Assembly: GCA_034428595.1 (NCBI GenBank)
Contig: DAOUHO010000110.1
Location: 112-64,111 of the forward strand
Direction: 5' to 3'
Source: Chloroflexota bacterium
GTDB lineage: Bacteria; Chloroflexota; UBA11872
Length of the DNA: 64,000 nt
Both the position numbers and the translations under genes were made by a program. Below the pieces are notes generated by a model. That model was not told where the DNA came from, searched no databases, and saw nothing but the letters and a program-made list of their open reading frames with translations. This document shows positions 49,167 to 58,597 of the stretch, piece by piece. How positions within the stretch are numbered: the first letter of the stretch is position 1; every line of letters starts with the position of its first letter.

Positions 49167-50657
49167 CTAGTTTTCGTCGATCACCTTTTGGACTTCGGCC
49201 TCGGCCCACGCGGCGGCGTCCTCGGGGCTCTCACCGTCGAACACCATGATGAACATGTCCTTCACGATGTTCCGGGCGGTGACGGTCCCGAGAAGCTCCG
49301 AGCCCTTGGACCCGTACTTCGATCCGCCGACCCACGCCATCTGCGAGGCGTCCACGCCCGCGCGGATGATGTGCGCCACCGGTGCGATGCGCGGGTGGCC
49401 CCAATACTCGTCGCTGTTCTGCACGTCCACGTGCGTCGGCGCCCAGCCGATCACCGTGCTCTGGAACCACTCCTGGTAGTTCTCGCGAGCGAAGAGCTCG
49501 GCGAAGAACTCCGCCATGCGGTCGGGGTAGTCCGTCTGCGTGGTGATGTTGAGGATATTCATCCCCGCCAACCCGGCGCCCGTGCCCGCCACGCTCGGCT
49601 GCGCGACGGCGGAAACCTGTTCCAGCATTTCCGGCTTGTCGGCCAGGAAGGTGCCGGAGAACGAGGTCGACGAGACCATGTGCGCCGTGGCGCCGCGAAT
49701 GAACTCCGTCCGACCGTCGCCTTCGTGGCGGGCTGCCGCGCCCGGCGCCGAAACGTCGTCCAGGGCCTTCGCCAGCTTGAGCGCCGCGATGGTGCCCGGG
49801 CTGTTGACGGAGTTGTTGCCGTTCTCGTCGAAGACGTACGCGTCATGCGCCGGCATCAAGCTCCACGCCATCTTGGGATGGGCGTCCAGCAAGTAGGTGA
49901 AGTAGCCGTAGATGTCCGGCGGGTTGTTCAGTGCCTGGGCGTTCGCCAGGATGTTGTCCCACGATGTCGGGTCCGGCAGACCGTGCTGCGCGTAGAGGTC
50001 GCTGCGGTAGTACAGGATGTGGGGCCACAGGAACTGCGGCACGCCGTAGTTCACCCCGTCCACCGCGGTCGCGTTGAGGTCGTTCTCGCCGAAGATGTCG
50101 CGCCCCATCAGGTCCAGCGCGTCCGTCGCCGGCGCGACGATCTCTTGCCCAGACCAGCTCCAGGTCGCATCCGGCTGGCTCCAGACCATGTCCGGCAGCG
50201 TGCCGGCGGCTTTGGCCGCCAGGATCTTCGGCTCCGTCTCGCGGAACGGCACCACTTCGCGGTTCATTCGCACGTCCGCTGAAATGCCGGCGCGGGCGAA
50301 CCAGGCGTCCTGCGCCGCCACGCCCAGCGGCCGCGTCTCAAAGTCCCAGAACGAGATGTCGAGGATTTCGCGCTCGACCATGACTTCCTCGACGACCCGC
50401 TGGGTAATGACCTGCTGGACCGGAACTTCCTTGATGACTTCCTGCGTGACGATCTTCTCGACCGACACTTCCTTGATGACTTCCTTGGTGACCACCGTCT
50501 CGACCGGGACCTCCTTGATGACTTCCTTGGTGACGACTTCCGTTTCGCCGCAGGCGCCCAGGATCATCGCGACGGTCGCGGTTCCACCGGCTGCCGCGGC
50601 CAGGCGGAACAATCGCCGTCGACTCAGCGCCCCGCTTCGACTAAAGGTCTCTTTCAT
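49167..50657 (-). CDS. carbohydrate ABC transporter substrate-binding lipoprotein (SBP family 1) with N-terminal 14-aa tandem-repeat linker
   Basis: 496 aa from ATG 50657; Tat-like RRRLF plus lipobox LGAC; four VVTKEVIKEVPVE-type repeats before the SBP_bac_1 domain. Confidence 0.85.
   Translation of the reverse strand: MKETFSRSGALSRRRLFRLAAAAGGTATVAMILGACGETEVVTKEVIKEVPVETVVTKEVIKEVSVEKIVTQEVIKEVPVQQVITQRVVEEVMVEREILDISFWDFETRPLGVAAQDAWFARAGISADVRMNREVVPFRETEPKILAAKAAGTLPDMVWSQPDATWSWSGQEIVAPATDALDLMGRDIFGENDLNATAVDGVNYGVPQFLWPHILYYRSDLYAQHGLPDPTSWDNILANAQALNNPPDIYGYFTYLLDAHPKMAWSLMPAHDAYVFDENGNNSVNSPGTIAALKLAKALDDVSAPGAAARHEGDGRTEFIRGATAHMVSSTSFSGTFLADKPEMLEQVSAVAQPSVAGTGAGLAGMNILNITTQTDYPDRMAEFFAELFARENYQEWFQSTVIGWAPTHVDVQNSDEYWGHPRIAPVAHIIRAGVDASQMAWVGGSKYGSKGSELLGTVTARNIVKDMFIMVFDGESPEDAAAWAEAEVQKVIDEN
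50364..50546 (-). repeat. coding tandem repeat (4 x ~42 nt) giving (T/K)(V/I)VT(K/Q)EVIKEV(P/S)VE units in the SBP linker
   Basis: nucleotide-level direct repeats cttgatgacttcct(t/g)g(g/c)tgac... visible on the plus strand. Confidence 0.7.
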
Positions 50658-51001
50658 CCTTTGCTCCTCTGCTCTCGCGGGGCGCATGAGGTCGCCGCCG
50701 CACAACTAGTCAACACAAACACAACGTTGGCTGGGAGAATATCGCCTGGGCGCGTTCGGGAGCCGCGGGGCGCATTGAAGAAGGTGCCCTTCCGGCACCG
50801 ACCGGCATTGGCCTGGTTACAGCCACCGCGCAATCGAATTCGCCTGCGCCCGTTTACGGTAATTTGGCGATGGCGCTGTATATCACGAAGCTGGTTGACG
50901 CTACAACCGCGGCGGAATCTGAGTAGCCCCGCATGACGAGTGCGCCGCCCGCGCTCCGCATGCCACACTGCGCCCATAGGACCGTGGACCGAGGTGCGGC
51001 G

Positions 51002-51859
51002 ATGGACCCGAGTTGCTTGGAATTCGCACTTACCGACTCCGAGGCGGCGACCTTCGAGCGCGATGGATTTCTGATCGTCGAGGACGCGCTCAGCGACGCC
51101 AAGGTCGCCGAGCTAAGCGAGCTGCTCGACCGCCTGGTCGCGGGTGAGGGCATCACGCACACGCCACACGGCAGCCGCGCCGGTCGCGTCAACGCCATCG
51201 ACGTCGCCGGGCTGGACCCCGCCTTGATCGACCTCGTGGATCACCCGCGCACGCTGCCCAAGGTCTGGGGAATCCTGGGCTGGAACATCCACCTCTATCA
51301 CAGCCACTACATCATGGCCGGGCAGATTGACCGGCCGGCCAACGGGGACGCGGAGGCCACGCTCGGCTGGCACCAGGACTCCGGTCGCATCAACCAGGAC
51401 GTCGAAACCAATCCCCGACCGCGCCTGTCACTCAAGGTGGCCTACTTCCTCAGCGACGCCAGCGAGCCCGACCGCGGCAACTTTTGGGTGCTGCCCGGCA
51501 GCCACCTGCGGAATGAAATTGAGATTCCCGCGTCCGGTCGCGGCCAGCCGGACGGCGCCATGCCCGTGTGCGTGCCGCCCGGCACGTCGGTGCTCTTCGA
51601 CCGACGGCTCTGGCACGCCGGATCGCCCAACTACGCGCCCATCGTTCGCAAGGCGCTGTTCTACGGCTATTCCCACCGCTGGGTGCACGCCCGCGATGAG
51701 GTGACGATTCCGCCCGACCTATGGGAGGCGGCCGATCCCATCCGACGGCAACTGCTGGGTTACGCCACCGGCCAGCACGGCCGCACGTCACCAACAGACG
51801 AGGATGTGCCGCTGAGAGGGTGGCTGGAGCAGCATCAGCCCGCCGTGGCGGCTCGCTAG
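51002..51859 (+). CDS. phytanoyl-CoA dioxygenase (PhyH) family oxygenase
   Basis: 286 aa from ATG 51002; HxD (WHQDSG) ... H (LWHAGSPN) iron ligands. Confidence 0.8.
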   Translation: MDPSCLEFALTDSEAATFERDGFLIVEDALSDAKVAELSELLDRLVAGEGITHTPHGSRAGRVNAIDVAGLDPALIDLVDHPRTLPKVWGILGWNIHLYHSHYIMAGQIDRPANGDAEATLGWHQDSGRINQDVETNPRPRLSLKVAYFLSDASEPDRGNFWVLPGSHLRNEIEIPASGRGQPDGAMPVCVPPGTSVLFDRRLWHAGSPNYAPIVRKALFYGYSHRWVHARDEVTIPPDLWEAADPIRRQLLGYATGQHGRTSPTDEDVPLRGWLEQHQPAVAAR

Positions 51860-51915
51860 GAAAACTCCGCACTCGATCTCTTTCCCCTCGAAGAAGACCT
51901 TTGCGTAACCCCTTC

Positions 51916-52109
51916 GTCATTCCCGCGAAGCATGTCCCCGCGACGGCGGGGAGCGGGAATCTAGCGGACGCCCAACCTGTTAACCCATGCGTAGGGGCGA
52001 CGCATGCGTCGCCCCTACCTCTATCTTGAAGGGTCTCCGACGGCGGGAATCTAGCGGCCGCTCAACCTGTTAGCCCACGCGCAGGGGCGGTTCGCGAACC
52101 GCCCTTGGC
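51916..52109. repeat. composite: REP-like hairpin element followed by two tandem ~75-nt units, each ending in a perfect GC-rich hairpin
   Basis: unit 1 ~51940-52019 ends in hairpin gtaggggcgacgcATGcgtcgcccctac (51991-52018); unit 2 ~52039-52109 ends in ggggcggttcgcgaaccgccc (52084-52104); shared core cgacggcggg(gagcgg)gaatctagcgg.cgc.caacctgtta.ccca.gcg.agggg; sits between convergent PhyH genes. Confidence 0.7.
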
Positions 52110-52154
52110 TGGTCTTGCGCGTGTCTCGTCAGCCAGCGGACAGGGCGTTGCCGC

Positions 52155-53150
52155 CTACGCGCAGAGCGGGTGGTTGATATCCCAGCGCAGACCGGTGGTC
52201 TCCGGCGGATGGGCCACGAGTCGCTCGTGCGCCTCCAGCCATTGCCGCCGCCATTCGCGGTGGTCGCGCAGCTCGGATTCAGGATTCGAGCGGCTGCGGG
52301 CGATGAACCCCGGCAGATAGCCGCGGCCCGAGGGCTCGTCCGGGTGCTGATAGCGCAGGTCCAGGCTCATGCGCACGCCGTTGCCCAGGTTCGGCATCGC
52401 GCCGTGCATCAGGTGGCGGGAGAACACGATCACCGATCCGGCGCGCACCGGCAGCGGCTGCGTGCGTTCCTTGGACATGATGCCGTCGGGAAGATGGACG
52501 CCGCTCGAAGGGTTGGGACAGTGCTGCGCCAGGCCCTGGCGATGGCTGCCCGGAGCGATCTTCAAGCAGCCGTCGTCCGCCATCGCGTCGCTCAGGGCCA
52601 CCCACGCGGTGATCATCTCGGTGTCGTCGGCCTCGCGTGACTGCACCGCGTGGTCCTGATGCCACGGCGTCGCGCGCCCCAGGGCATCGTCCTGCGCCAG
52701 GAACCGCTCGGGAACCTTGAGTCGCGCATGCTGAATCGGACAGGAATAGATCTCGGGTCCGACAAACGGCTCGACCACGTCCAGCAGCCGCGGGTGGCGC
52801 AGCAGGTCGAACGCGGGCTTGCCTAGGTAGGGGGCCCGGTCCGCCGTGGCGACCGTGGTCGGCCGGATCGAGGGATCGAACGGCGACGGGTCGATCTCGC
52901 CAGCGTGCTCGGCGAGGTAGATCAGCTTCGCGTTCAGGTCGCCGTCGGGCGGCCACGCCGCCAGTTGCTCCGGCGTCAGTTCCTCGAGCGCCAGGCGGTT
53001 GGCGATGCGCTCGAAGTCCTCGAACAGCGGTGCGAAGTCGCGTTCGGGATCGAACACGTCCTCGAAGATCACCCAGCCCTCGTGCTCGAAGTGCGCCAGC
53101 TTCGCCGCCAGCTCCTCAGTGCTCTCGACCTGCGCCGTTTCTACGGCCAT
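52155..53150 (-). CDS. phytanoyl-CoA dioxygenase (PhyH) family oxygenase
   Basis: 331 aa; HxD (WHQDHA) ... H (LMHGAMPN). Confidence 0.75.
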   Translation of the reverse strand: MAVETAQVESTEELAAKLAHFEHEGWVIFEDVFDPERDFAPLFEDFERIANRLALEELTPEQLAAWPPDGDLNAKLIYLAEHAGEIDPSPFDPSIRPTTVATADRAPYLGKPAFDLLRHPRLLDVVEPFVGPEIYSCPIQHARLKVPERFLAQDDALGRATPWHQDHAVQSREADDTEMITAWVALSDAMADDGCLKIAPGSHRQGLAQHCPNPSSGVHLPDGIMSKERTQPLPVRAGSVIVFSRHLMHGAMPNLGNGVRMSLDLRYQHPDEPSGRGYLPGFIARSRSNPESELRDHREWRRQWLEAHERLVAHPPETTGLRWDINHPLCA

Positions 53151-53278
53151 GTGTCGTTCCCCAGGCTGCTACGGATCCCGCACGGATCAGGATACGCCAA
53201 CGCGCACAGCCGTCTTCGCTGCCCGCTATGCAAAGCCTCGGCGCAACTTCACGTCAAGTCCCCCGCCATCGCCGCCCG

Positions 53279-53305
53279 TCACTCCGGCGGAAGCCGGAGT
53301 CCAGG
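53279..53305. repeat. REP-like hairpin repeat copy, variant (gtcactccggcggaagccggagtccag)
   Basis: between PhyH start and chrA end. Confidence 0.65.
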
Positions 53306-53399
53306 CCCGCCCAACTCGCGACTGGCCGCGACGGCCGAATTGAACGAGCGTGGGGATGTCTCTGAAACCGAACCCCGTCCCATATTCGCGGCGGCCCGG

Positions 53400-54452
<1,053 letters not shown>

Positions 54453-54744
54453 GGCGATGTGGGCGGCGGGACCGCCGAAGCCCAGAACCCCGAGCTTGAG
54501 GAAGAGCGCCGAAACCTCACGCAGCGCGCCGCGGCGCTCAGACGGTGTCGTGACCGGTCAACTCCTTCGCCAGGGGACTGACTTCGCGCGGATCCCAATG
54601 GTGGGTTCGCAGTTGTAGCAGGCAGCAACCGTCGTCTGGGTTTTCCGCGCGCCGGAGAGCCACCGTGGGCGGGCCGTTCCGCTAAACTCAGCCACTCGCG
54701 CGCGGCTCCAGAGCGCGGCGTCGCCCACCACGAACGAGAGCGCC

Positions 54745-56244
54745 ATGCCACGGATCAATTGCCTGTCGATGCTGCTCGATGACGACGTTGCCGACTGCAA
54801 CACGCTCGCGTGGCGGGTCGAGCCGGCGGTGCCCGACCCGGCCAATCCGCTCCTCGAGCCGCACTTCCCCTGGGACAGCGGATCGGTGTTCGCCCACGGC
54901 ACCTTCGTCAAGGACCCCATCGACGGCCTGTGGAAGGGCTGGCATCTCTCCACGCCCGCGGGCGAGGAGAAATTCGAAGCCTTCCGGCGCCTCACCTACT
55001 GCGAGTCCGAAGACGGCGTCAACTGGACCCGGCCCGAGCTCGATATTGCCCCCCAGCCCGGTTATCCCAAGACCAACATCATCTTCGACCACGACTCCGG
55101 CGGCGCGTCGCAGTTTGCGTCCGTGCTCATCCACCCGGACGCCGAGCCCGAGCGGCGCTACGAGATGTTCGCCATGCGCGTGCCCGGCCGGCCCGAGGGC
55201 ATCGGCGCGCCGTTCATCCCCGGCATCCCGCGCCGGACCGGAGAGGATCGGCACCCGACGGCTGTCTACCGCTACTTCTCAGCCGACGGCATCCATTGGA
55301 CCGCCCAGGAAGGCCCGCTGCTCGAGGTGATGACGATTGGCAACCGCATGATCATGCCCTACACCACGCCCATCGGCGGGGCCGACCACTCGGCTTACTT
55401 CAAGGCCGAGGACGGCGGCTACGAGCTGATCCAGAAGGTCGGCACGACGATGCATCCCGGCGGGCTGATTCCCTACGACTGCTTCCCGATGGGCCGCCGC
55501 GTCATCGGCCGCCGCACCAGCCCGAATGGATCGGACTGGTCCCCGATCGAGGTCATCATCGAGCCCGATTGGAAGGACGCCCAGGACCTGCAGTTCATGG
55601 AGCTGGCCCCGCTGAAGGTGAAGGGCGGGCATCTGGGACTGCTCTGCTGCTACAACCTGCGCGAGCAGACGATCAACTGGCAGTTCGCCGGCAGCGCCGA
55701 CCGCCGCATCTGGGAGCGTCCGGCGCGCCGCCCCACGCTCGAAAATGCGCCGCTCGGCGACTACGGCGGCGGCATGCTCTGGCCCACCCACAGCTTCATC
55801 GAGCACGAGGGCCGCGTCTACATGTACTACGGCGCGCTCGAAGGGATCCACGGCGACATTTACTCCGACCAGCCGTCGCTCCACATCTTCAACGGCGCGC
55901 TTTGCCGCGCCAGTTGGGAGCTCGATCGCTACTGGGCCGCGGTGTCCGCCGCGGGCGGCGTGAATGTCGGCACGCTGACCACCCACCCGTTGCCGGTCGC
56001 CGGCAAGCAGCTCCTGCTCAACGCGGCCACCTCCACGGTTGGCCCGGGCGAGCTCGCGGTCGAGTTGCTCGACCCCGAGGGCAACCCGATCGAGGGTTTC
56101 AGTCGCGACGACTACGTGGCCTGGAGCGGCGACGCCAAGGCGCAGCCGGCGCGCTGGACGGGCGGCAGCGTGGCCCCGCGCGACGACGTGGCCGCCAAGT
56201 TCTACCTGCGCCGCTCGCGGCTGTACGGCTTTGCCTGGGAATAG
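54745..56244 (+). CDS. BNR/Asp-box repeat beta-propeller protein, putative glycosidase
   Basis: 499 aa; Asp-box motifs SEDGVNWT, SADGIHWT, PNGSDWSP; adjacent to GH127 gene. Confidence 0.55.
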   Translation: MPRINCLSMLLDDDVADCNTLAWRVEPAVPDPANPLLEPHFPWDSGSVFAHGTFVKDPIDGLWKGWHLSTPAGEEKFEAFRRLTYCESEDGVNWTRPELDIAPQPGYPKTNIIFDHDSGGASQFASVLIHPDAEPERRYEMFAMRVPGRPEGIGAPFIPGIPRRTGEDRHPTAVYRYFSADGIHWTAQEGPLLEVMTIGNRMIMPYTTPIGGADHSAYFKAEDGGYELIQKVGTTMHPGGLIPYDCFPMGRRVIGRRTSPNGSDWSPIEVIIEPDWKDAQDLQFMELAPLKVKGGHLGLLCCYNLREQTINWQFAGSADRRIWERPARRPTLENAPLGDYGGGMLWPTHSFIEHEGRVYMYYGALEGIHGDIYSDQPSLHIFNGALCRASWELDRYWAAVSAAGGVNVGTLTTHPLPVAGKQLLLNAATSTVGPGELAVELLDPEGNPIEGFSRDDYVAWSGDAKAQPARWTGGSVAPRDDVAAKFYLRRSRLYGFAWE

Positions 56245-56347
56245 CGCCGGCCGCACCACCGAGCCGCGCTGGCGGCTGGCGGGCGCCGTCGACACGACCG
56301 ACAGCCCCCATGCCCGCCTGCGTCCCGTGCCGATTCACGCCGTCACC

Positions 56348-58234
56348 ATGGGCGACGGCTTCTGGAAACCGCGCCTGGAAGGCAACCGCCAATCCGGCAT
56401 CGCCGCGTTCCTCGCCTGGCTGGATGAGGACGGGCAGGTCGCGCCCTTCCGTGCCTACGCGCACTACGCGCGCACCGGCGACTCATCTCGCATCGCCGGC
56501 GCGCTCGACACGATGCGAGCCGTCTTCGAGGGCCGCAACAGCCGCCGCATGCGCCACACCTGGCGCGCGGCGGTGATGAAGGTGGTTGAAGGGTGCGCCT
56601 TCACGCTGCAATCCGTCGACGATCCGGCGCTTCGCGACATCATGGACGAGCTGGTCACCGGCATCGTCGCCGCGCACGACAGCGACGAGTTCTGGCAGGG
56701 GTACTACGGCGACGACTTCGAGTCTTCCTATCAGCTCGCCACGCCTGGCCACCTGATCCAGGCGGCCGTCGCGCACCACCGGACCACCGGGCAAACCAAT
56801 TTCCTCGACGTGGCCGTCCGTGTGGCGGACGCGGTGGCGGCCAAGTTCGAGGGGCGCGCGTTTGCCGAGCACGCCTGCATCGAAATGGGCCTGGCGGAGC
56901 TTTGGCGCGCGACCGGTGAACCACGAATCCTCAGGTACGCGACGCACTTCGCGGCGCTCCTCATGCAACAGGAGCCGGAGATCGGCCCTCACACCGGCGA
57001 GGGCCGCTGGCGCCACTTCGATTGCCACGTCGTGCGGCAAACCTATCTGCCCGCCGGCGCGGCCGACCTGCTGGCGGAGCGGCATGATCCGGCGCTCCAT
57101 GCCCAGTTGCTCGCCATCTGGCGCGACATGATGCGCGGCAAGCTGCAAGTCACCGGGCATCTCGCGGTGGATCACTGGATGCCCGAGCGCATCACGCCGG
57201 AGGCCTTCGCGCTCACGGAGGGCGCGCTCGGCAACGTGCTTGACCACATCAATCACGGCTTCGAACTGTGCGAGAGCGTCGGCAACGTCATGTGGAGCTG
57301 GCGCATGCTCATGCTCGGTGCGGACGCCGCATATGCGGACCAGATTGAGCGGGCGCTCTACAACAGTCTGCTGCCGCACGTCGGCCTCGACGACCGCAGC
57401 TGGTTCTATCTGTGCCCCATGGCGTCGGATGGCGACCACCCGGCCCGCAACGCTTGGGGCAACCCGGCGACCGGCTGCTGCGGGGCAAACGCGGTCCGGT
57501 TCATGCCCTCGGTGCCGTCCTACCTGTTCTCCACGTCCGAAGACGGCGTGTGGGTCCACCTCTACGACGCCTGCCGCATGGACTGGCATCTGCCGGACGG
57601 CTCGCCGATTAGCGTGGACGTGCGCACCAGATATCCGTGGAGCGGCGACGTTGAGGTTCAAGTCGGCGTCGACGAGCCTGCTGAGATCACCGTGCACCTG
57701 CGCATACCCGGCTGGTGCGATGGCGCGCGAGCCGCCGTCAACGGAGAGCCGGTCGCCGACCCAATTGCCAGGGGGTCGTATCTCGCGCTGCGGCGCACCT
57801 GGATGGACGGCGACGTGATCACGCTCGACCTGCCGATGCCGGTGGTTGGCATGGAGGCCGATCCTCGGGCCGAGGAATTCCGCGGCAAGACCGCCCTGAT
57901 GCGCGGGCCGTTGCTCTACTGCTTCGAGGGCGTCGACAACGTTGCGACGAGCGTTCGCGACCTCGCTGTCGAGCCGGGCTCGGCCATTCGACCCTTCGCG
58001 CCCGATACCGAACCCGAGGCGCTGTATCAGCCGGCCGCGGACGTGCCCACGTTTCTGCCGCGCGACCGACCCGATCTCCTGGGCGGCGTCACCGTGCTCC
58101 AAGGTCCCGCTGCCGGTCGCGACGCCGGCGCCGATCTCACGGCCATTCCCTTCTACGCCTGGTCCAACCGCGAACCGACGCCCATGACCGTGTGGGTCGA
58201 TTGGACCGACGCCGAGGAACGTCGAGAGCGGTAG
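56348..58234 (+). CDS. glycoside hydrolase family 127 (DUF1680; beta-L-arabinofuranosidase-like)
   Basis: ~628 aa from ATG 56348 (ORF open from 56039 but overlaps upstream gene); GH127-like Cys pair (GCCGANAVRF) and overall DUF1680 architecture. Confidence 0.7.
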   Translation: MGDGFWKPRLEGNRQSGIAAFLAWLDEDGQVAPFRAYAHYARTGDSSRIAGALDTMRAVFEGRNSRRMRHTWRAAVMKVVEGCAFTLQSVDDPALRDIMDELVTGIVAAHDSDEFWQGYYGDDFESSYQLATPGHLIQAAVAHHRTTGQTNFLDVAVRVADAVAAKFEGRAFAEHACIEMGLAELWRATGEPRILRYATHFAALLMQQEPEIGPHTGEGRWRHFDCHVVRQTYLPAGAADLLAERHDPALHAQLLAIWRDMMRGKLQVTGHLAVDHWMPERITPEAFALTEGALGNVLDHINHGFELCESVGNVMWSWRMLMLGADAAYADQIERALYNSLLPHVGLDDRSWFYLCPMASDGDHPARNAWGNPATGCCGANAVRFMPSVPSYLFSTSEDGVWVHLYDACRMDWHLPDGSPISVDVRTRYPWSGDVEVQVGVDEPAEITVHLRIPGWCDGARAAVNGEPVADPIARGSYLALRRTWMDGDVITLDLPMPVVGMEADPRAEEFRGKTALMRGPLLYCFEGVDNVATSVRDLAVEPGSAIRPFAPDTEPEALYQPAADVPTFLPRDRPDLLGGVTVLQGPAAGRDAGADLTAIPFYAWSNREPTPMTVWVDWTDAEERRER

Positions 58235-58512
58235 ACCGAGAGACGCCCACCGCTGTTGGGGGGGCGCATGCCCGCCTGGCTCGTCAGTCTTCGCCCGCCG
58301 GTGACTGACGGCGCGCTCCGTCAGCCTTGTCGACACGTATATTGCGCGTCCGGCGCAGTGACGGTTGACCAACAGCGAAATAGCCGACGCTCCCTGCAAC
58401 TGCGTCGAACGCGCGTCAGCACCGCTGCGCACGAGCCGTAGGGCTCGGCGCCGCGTCCGCGAAGTGGCGGCGGATTGAAGGGCGAGGCGGACCAACGCGA
58501 GCAGCTTCTCGA

Positions 58513-58544
58513 ACGATTCCATTTATTGCGACTATATGTCAATA
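58513..58544 (+). promoter_or_regulatory. znuA promoter (-35 TTGCGA, 17-nt spacer, -10 TATATT) overlapping palindrome TTATTG-N11-CAATAA; candidate Fur-family (Zur) operator
   Basis: AT-rich island atttattgcgactatatgtcaataaatgtatattgcgcc ~55-85 nt upstream of znuA ATG; TATTGCG direct repeat at 58514-20 and 58541-47. Confidence 0.45.
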
Positions 58545-58597
58545 AATGTATATTGCGCCTAGATCTCAATAAGGAGGTCTCTATCGGAGGTTGGTCA

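Noticed and set aside
58256-58441. 61-aa ORF upstream of znuA-1
   Set aside because: No supporting signals; likely non-coding.
56483-58522. 679-aa minus-strand ORF
   Set aside because: Antisense to the GH127 gene; no domain signal.
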